Below are positions 55,763-64,000 of a DNA stretch of 64,000 nucleotides, piece by piece. The stretch is from Sphingobium sp. (lineage in GTDB: Bacteria; Pseudomonadota; Alphaproteobacteria; Sphingomonadales; Sphingomonadaceae). The position numbers were made by a program, and so were the translations under genes. Position 1 is the stretch's first letter. Each line of letters opens with the position of its first letter. The notes under the pieces were generated by a model. It had not been told where the DNA came from. It saw nothing but the letters and a program-made list of their open reading frames with translations, and ran no database searches. Where the stretch lies: contig DASWYL010000011.1 of assembly GCA_036404995.1 (NCBI GenBank), positions 995-64,994 of the forward strand, read 5' to 3'.

Positions 55763-55766
<4 letters not shown>
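54735..55766 (+). CDS. RND efflux periplasmic adaptor (MFP) lipoprotein
   Basis: Lipobox LSAC, lipoyl halves (ARI.G....L.V..GD.V..GQ; APASG.V), coiled-coil hairpin, EILSG...GD. Confidence 0.92.
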
Positions 55767-58965
<3,199 letters not shown>

Positions 58966-58969
<4 letters not shown>

Positions 58970-59289
58970 AGATGGAAGACATGAAACTCGGCCTGCTGTG
59001 CGAGCGCGCGACGGAAGTCGCCGCCATGCTCAAATTGGTCGCCAACCAGCAACGGCTGGTGCTGCTTTGCCGGTTGCGTGAAGGCGAGGCGTCGGTCAGC
59101 GAGTTGATTAATCTGTGCGGTCTCTCGCAGTCGAGTGTATCCCAGCATCTTGCGAAGATGCGGGAAGGCGGCATTTTGCAGACCCGTCGAGATGCCCAGA
59201 CAATTTATTATCGGCTCGAGAACCCGCATGTCGAAGCGCTGATGGAATTCATGTGCGACCGCTTCCAACCGCAACCCGAGCAAGGCTGA
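58966..59289 (+). CDS. ArsR-family repressor, BigR/SqrR/YgaV-like
   Basis: LK..AN..RL.LLC.L..GE.SV.EL, QS..SQHLA..R, TRRDAQTIYY.L, C-terminal Cys. Confidence 0.88.
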
Positions 59290-59356
59290 AGCCGCGCGTG
59301 AGAATGAGACGAAGAGGTTGCGCCTGCTGCTAATGTAACGGAACGGAGTTGCCCCG

Positions 59357-60751
59357 ATGACCGCGCTCATACTGGCCCGTGCGCAGTTCGCCTTCGTGGT
59401 GAGCTTCCACTTCCTGTTTCCGGCTTTCACGATCGGGCTGGCGAGTTTTCTCGCGGTGCTCGAGGGGTTGTGGCTGAAGACCGGTCGCGGCGTCTACGCC
59501 AATCTCTATCGCTACTGGCTCAAGATCTTCGCGATCGTCTTCGCCATGGGCGTCGTCTCGGGCATCGTCATGTCTTACCAGTTCGGCACAAACTGGTCGG
59601 TCTTTTCGGATAAGGCCGGTCCCGTCATCGGGCCGCTCATGGCCTATGAGGTGCTCACCGCCTTCTTCCTCGAGGCGGGCTTTCTCGGCGTCATGTTGTT
59701 CGGCATCAACAAGGTGGGCCGAAAGCTTCATTTCACAGCGACGCTCGCCGTCGCAGTCGGCACATTCATCTCGGCCTTCTGGATTCTCGCCGTGAACAGC
59801 TGGATGCAGACGCCGGTCGGCTATGAGATGGGCGCCAACGGCCAGTTCCTGCCGGGTCCGAGCTGGACCACGATCATCTTCAGCCCCAGCTTCCCCTATC
59901 GCCTGGTCCACACCGTGCTGGCAGCCTATCTGACGACGGCCTTCGCGATTGGTGGCGTCGGAGCCTTCCATCTGCTCAAGGACTGGAAGAACCCCGGTGC
60001 TCGCAAGATGTTCTCCATGGCGATGTGGATGGCGGCGATTGTCGCGCCGATCCAGATTTTTGCCGGCGACATGCACGGGCTCAACACACTTGAGCATCAG
60101 CCGGCCAAGGTCATGGCGATGGAAGGTCATTATCAAAGCCATCCCGACGGCGCGCCGCTCATCCTGTTCGGCATACCCAACAGCAAGGAGAAGCGCGTCG
60201 ACTATGCGGTCGAGATTCCCAAGGCGTCTTCGCTGATCCTGAAGCATGACCCCAATGCGCCGCTCGCCGGGCTCGACACTGTGCCCTCAGAGGACCAGCC
60301 GCCGGTCGGCATCGTTTTCTGGGCCTTCCGCGTCATGGTCGGGCTCGGCTTCGCCATGGCTGGCCTTGGCCTTTGGAGCCTGGTCGCACGATGGCGCGGC
60401 AAGCTCTACGACTGGACTTGGCTGCATCGCGCGGCGCTGGCGATGGGACCCGCCGGCTTCGTCGCCGTGCTGGCCGGGTGGATTGTCACCGAGGTCGGCC
60501 GCCAGCCCTTCACCATCTATGGCTTGCTACGTACAGCGGACAGTGCCTCTCCCCTCGACGCGCCAGCCGTCGCGACGTCGCTCGTCGCTTTCGCGGCGAC
60601 CTATTTCATCGTGTTCGGCATGGGCATCCTCTATCTGTTGAAACTCATGCGCAAACCGCCCGAGGCGCACGAAGCCATGTTGGATGGCACGCCGATCCGC
60701 AGCGCCGGCGTCACGCCCGCTCCCGCGGTCCTGGAAGGAGGGCAGCCATGA
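59357..60751 (+). CDS. cydA: Cytochrome bd (CioA-like, short Q-loop) oxidase subunit I
   Basis: LARAQF....FH..FP, YQFGTNW, FFLE, NSWMQTP, QPAK..AMEG, TEVGRQP. Confidence 0.96.
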   Translation: MTALILARAQFAFVVSFHFLFPAFTIGLASFLAVLEGLWLKTGRGVYANLYRYWLKIFAIVFAMGVVSGIVMSYQFGTNWSVFSDKAGPVIGPLMAYEVLTAFFLEAGFLGVMLFGINKVGRKLHFTATLAVAVGTFISAFWILAVNSWMQTPVGYEMGANGQFLPGPSWTTIIFSPSFPYRLVHTVLAAYLTTAFAIGGVGAFHLLKDWKNPGARKMFSMAMWMAAIVAPIQIFAGDMHGLNTLEHQPAKVMAMEGHYQSHPDGAPLILFGIPNSKEKRVDYAVEIPKASSLILKHDPNAPLAGLDTVPSEDQPPVGIVFWAFRVMVGLGFAMAGLGLWSLVARWRGKLYDWTWLHRAALAMGPAGFVAVLAGWIVTEVGRQPFTIYGLLRTADSASPLDAPAVATSLVAFAATYFIVFGMGILYLLKLMRKPPEAHEAMLDGTPIRSAGVTPAPAVLEGGQP

Positions 60752-61746
60752 TCGACCTCACTGTCATCTGGGCCGGCATCATCGCCATCGCCATCATCGC
60801 CTATGTGGTGATGGATGGCTTCGATATTGGCATCGGCATCCTGTTCCAGTCCTTCAAGGTAGGCCCGGATCGCGACACGGCCATGAACAGCATCGCGCCG
60901 GTGTGGGACGGCAACGAGACCTGGCTGGTGATGGGCGGCGGTGGGCTTCTTGCCGCCTTCCCGCTGGCTTATGCGATCATTTTGCCCGCACTCTATGCGC
61001 CGCTCACAGCCATGCTGCTGGGGCTGGTGCTGCGCGGCGTGGCGTTCGAGTTTCGCTGGCGCGACGCTGCGCATCGCAAGACATGGGACGTCGCATTCAC
61101 ATTGGGCTCGACGATAGCGACGCTGGCGCAGGGCATTACGCTGGGCGCGCTGCTGCAGGGAATCCGGATCGAAGGCCGCGCTTATGCCGGAGGCTGGTGG
61201 GACTGGCTGACGCCGTTCAGCGTGCTGACGGGCGTCGGCCTCGTGGTCGGCTACAGCTTGCTGGGCGCGTGCTGGCTCAACTGGAAGACGGAAGGCGCGC
61301 TGCAGGAACAGGCGGCGAAGCTGGCGCGGCGCCTGGGGATGCTGCTCCTCCTGGTGATTGGGCTGGTCAGCCTGATGACGCTCGGGCTGGAGCCTGAATA
61401 TTATACCCGCTGGCTCGCCTATCCAGGTGTGCTCGCCACCGCGCAGGTGCCGCTGGCAACGCTCATCGTGACCGTGATGTTCTACCGGAGCCTGAACAAG
61501 CGGCAGGATGCTGCACCATTCTTCTGGGCGCTCGGCCTCTTCGGTCTGTCTCTTGTGGGCCTGGCTATTTCGATCTGGCCCTATGTCATTCCCGCCCGCG
61601 TGACGATCTGGGAGGCGGCTGCGCCGGTGCGCAGCCAGGTGTTCATGCTGATCGGCGCGGGCATCATGCTCCCAGTCATTCTGGCCTATACGGGCTGGGC
61701 CTATTGGGTGTTTCGCGGCAAGGTTGGGCACGGGGGCTACCATTGA
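60748..61746 (+). CDS. cydB: Cytochrome bd oxidase subunit II
   Basis: YVVMDGFD.G.G, PVWDGNETWL, RGVAFEFR, YWVFRGKV. ATG overlaps the cydA stop. Confidence 0.96.
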   Translation: MIDLTVIWAGIIAIAIIAYVVMDGFDIGIGILFQSFKVGPDRDTAMNSIAPVWDGNETWLVMGGGGLLAAFPLAYAIILPALYAPLTAMLLGLVLRGVAFEFRWRDAAHRKTWDVAFTLGSTIATLAQGITLGALLQGIRIEGRAYAGGWWDWLTPFSVLTGVGLVVGYSLLGACWLNWKTEGALQEQAAKLARRLGMLLLLVIGLVSLMTLGLEPEYYTRWLAYPGVLATAQVPLATLIVTVMFYRSLNKRQDAAPFFWALGLFGLSLVGLAISIWPYVIPARVTIWEAAAPVRSQVFMLIGAGIMLPVILAYTGWAYWVFRGKVGHGGYH

Positions 61747-61853
61747 TGCGACAAGCGCTCGCACGGCTAGGCTGGTTCGTTGGCCTCTGGTCGACGGGCG
61801 TGATCGTCTGCGCGACAGTCGCTTTCTGTATCCGCCTGTGGCTGCGAAGCTAA
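61746..61853 (+). CDS. Small DUF2474-family membrane protein (bd oxidase accessory)
   Basis: Manual translation MRQALARLGWFVGLWSTGVIVCATVAFCIRLWLRS (35 aa). ATG overlaps the cydB TGA. RL.W...LW..GV motif. Confidence 0.8.
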   Translation: MRQALARLGWFVGLWSTGVIVCATVAFCIRLWLRS

Positions 61854-61985
61854 CGCCGATAAGTCCGAGCCGAACAACCTGCGCTGCTGGATCAAGGGCT
61901 CGCTGCCCGAGCCGGGCTATACCTATGCCGGCAACTGATGCACGTCTGAAGCCCTCGCTGTTCCAAGGGACAGGGCCAACGGGGT

Positions 61986-64000
61986 TCATTCGTAGCGCAA
62001 AGCTTTCACGGGGCTGGTGCGCGCGATGCGGACCGCGTGGGTGGTAACGGTGCCGACCGCGATGGCCAGCGCGACCGCGGCCGCGACGACGAACGGCAAT
62101 GGCGTGAGGGCGATGCGCTCGTCGAACCCGTTGAGCCAGTCGCGCATCAGCCACCAGGCGACGGGCCATGCGACGAGATTGGCGATCAGCACCGGCCGGC
62201 TGAATTGCCAGACCAGCAGCCGCACGATGTCGAGCGTCCGGGCGCCGAGCACCTTGCGGATGCCGATCTCCTTCGTGCGCCGCTCGGCCGTGAAGGCGGC
62301 GAGGCCGAACAGTCCCATGCAGCCGATGACCACCGCGAGGATCGCGAACATGCCAAACAGCTGCGCGCGCCTCTCGTCGGGTCTGTAGAGCGTTTGGATG
62401 ATATCGGTCACGAAGCGCGACGCGAAGGGAACGTCGGGCACCATGCGCCGCCAGATGGCTTCCACCCTGTCGCGTACGGTCTTGGGGTCGCCCTCGAAGC
62501 GCACGAGCAGCTGGTTATAGCCCTGGCGCTGATAATAATAGACGATCGGCTGGATCGGCTGGCGGACACTGCGATAGCGCACGTCGCTGACCACGCCCAC
62601 GACGGTGCCGGGCACTTGGCCGCCTGCTTCTGGAATGGTGAAACCCACCGAGATCGGCTTGCCGATCGCACTCTGCGGCGTGGGGAAGCCAAGCCGCTTG
62701 GTGGCGGATTCAGAAAGGACATAATTGACGCCGCGCGCCACAAGCGCCTTCTCGGCCTCGATCTCGGGCGGCTGGGGCGTCCAGGCATCATCCATTGCGA
62801 TCGTCTCGGAAACATTGCGGCCCGCGATGATGCGCATGCCCAGAGCGGGGACGACCCCCGGATCGATGCCATAGATGCCGAGATTGATTGGATTGACCTG
62901 GCCCGGACGACGCACGTCAGTCATCGAGTTATTGCCCGGATTGACGGCGATCGTCGTGCGCCCGACCGCAGTGACGCCGGGGATCTTGCGCACTTCCTCC
63001 TGCAGCGTCTTGGCGACGCGCTCCGCGTCGGGCGCGCCCAGCGCATAGACCTGCATCAGGCCTTCACGCTTGTAGCCGGCGTCCATTGTCCGCTCGTAGA
63101 TGGTCTGGCCATAGACGATGGCGGTGCAGATGATGAGGCCGATCGAGACGGCGAACTGGCCGACGACAAGTAGATTTCGCAGGCGCCCGGAGCCCTCCGC
63201 GTCGGCGGCCGACTTGTTCGCCTTGAGTACGCGCGCCGGCTGGAAGCGCGAGAGGTAGAAGGCGGGGTAGAGTCCACCGGCGAGGCCGACGAGCAGCGCC
63301 AGCCCGATCACCGGCAGCAGGATGCCGTCGGCGCCGAAATAGTGGATCTCCATCGACGCATCGAGGAACGCGTTGAGCGCCGGAAGGGCCAGCTCGGCAA
63401 GCGCCAGCGCGATCAGCGTCGCAATGCCGGAAACGAGGACAGACTCCCCCAGGAACTGGGCGATGAGCTGGCCGCGCGTTGCGCCCAGCACCTTGCGCAG
63501 CGCGACCTCGCGGGCGCGCTGCGAGGCGCGGGCCGTGGCGAGATTGGTGAAGTTGATGCAGGCCATCGCCAGGATCATCAGCGCCACCACGACGAAGGTG
63601 AGGATGGTCCGCTTGTCGCCGCCATTGGGATTGAGCGCCGCGCGCTGCGCTTCGCCGAGATGGATGTCGCGGACGTTGACCAGGTGCCAGTCCTGATATT
63701 CGCCCGGATTGCGGAACGGTCCCGCGCCCGGCTCATCCGGGATATTGCGCTTCTCCCAGGCCGGAAATTGCGCCTCGATCGCCTTGACGTCCGTTCCGGG
63801 CTTGAAGCGGACGTAGATGGGCCCGTTCTGGTTGTTCCACGATGCCAGGTTGCGCGCGTCGAACAGCTGCGATGGCTCGAAACGGGCAACCAGACTGATG
63901 TTGAGATGGGTGTTCTTGGGCAGGTCCTTGAAGACCCCTGTGACGCGATAGTCCTGTTTGACCTTGCTGAACGAGAGCGTGATCGTCTGTCCGAGCGGGT
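61986..64000 (-). CDS. ABC transporter permease (MacB/FtsX family), 5' end outside the window
   Basis: ACINF.NLATARA..RA.EV..RKVLGA, RTKEIGIRKVLGA, P..ALRYE. Frame is open to the window end (PLGQTITL...VTGVFKDLPKNTH). Confidence 0.93.
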   Translation of the reverse strand, partial: PLGQTITLSFSKVKQDYRVTGVFKDLPKNTHLNISLVARFEPSQLFDARNLASWNNQNGPIYVRFKPGTDVKAIEAQFPAWEKRNIPDEPGAGPFRNPGEYQDWHLVNVRDIHLGEAQRAALNPNGGDKRTILTFVVVALMILAMACINFTNLATARASQRAREVALRKVLGATRGQLIAQFLGESVLVSGIATLIALALAELALPALNAFLDASMEIHYFGADGILLPVIGLALLVGLAGGLYPAFYLSRFQPARVLKANKSAADAEGSGRLRNLLVVGQFAVSIGLIICTAIVYGQTIYERTMDAGYKREGLMQVYALGAPDAERVAKTLQEEVRKIPGVTAVGRTTIAVNPGNNSMTDVRRPGQVNPINLGIYGIDPGVVPALGMRIIAGRNVSETIAMDDAWTPQPPEIEAEKALVARGVNYVLSESATKRLGFPTPQSAIGKPISVGFTIPEAGGQVPGTVVGVVSDVRYRSVRQPIQPIVYYYQRQGYNQLLVRFEGDPKTVRDRVEAIWRRMVPDVPFASRFVTDIIQTLYRPDERRAQLFGMFAILAVVIGCMGLFGLAAFTAERRTKEIGIRKVLGARTLDIVRLLVWQFSRPVLIANLVAWPVAWWLMRDWLNGFDERIALTPLPFVVAAAVALAIAVGTVTTHAVRIARTSPVKALRYE

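Noticed and set aside
59334-59358. TGTAACG...CGAT ECF-like promoter before cydA
   Set aside because: The putative -10 overlaps the start codon and the RBS lies inside the spacer.

Overview
High-GC alphaproteobacterial chromosome segment, most likely Sphingomonadaceae (inferred from ctrA, the DUF934/DUF2849 cys operon, UPF0262-GH25-cdd-dcd and REPIN-like repeats). Bases 1 to ~32,050 are mostly core genome: RluA-family synthase, ctrA with CtrA boxes and GANTC sites, dcd, cdd, dnaB with DnaA boxes, an ECF42/DGPF locus, the cobA-cysI-cysH sulfate assimilation operon, an ECF/anti-sigma/hydrolase/M16 peptidase locus and a degenerate AstD-like dehydrogenase. Two orphan TbpB-like surface lipoproteins also lie here. 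Bases ~32,100-61,980 form a ~30 kb patchwork accessory region devoted almost entirely to thiol, sulfur, redox and copper biology, with four unannotated gene remnants at module junctions (GST, GNAT, zf-UBP, OpuAC/EgtU-like). It contains five modules: (i) a one-Cys OxyR-like LysR regulator with three phased four-box operators in front of DUF302-YeeE, bdh-ndh2-patatin-prx-prx and a periplasmic cupin; (ii) a bufferin-type MNIO RiPP cluster without its usual sigma factor; (iii) egtBD; (iv) LysR / thiol-dioxygenase-like cupin / MFS / ClC; (v) a divergent sulfide module, sqr-DUF2892-tolC opposite rhodanese-MFP-RND-ArsR(BigR/SqrR-like)-cydAB-DUF2474, with no persulfide dioxygenase. The best candidates for an undescribed system are the SQR-coupled RND exporter module and the LysR regulon. 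I saw no tRNA, rRNA, CRISPR, integrase or transposase. All family assignments come from motif recognition by eye, not database searches.
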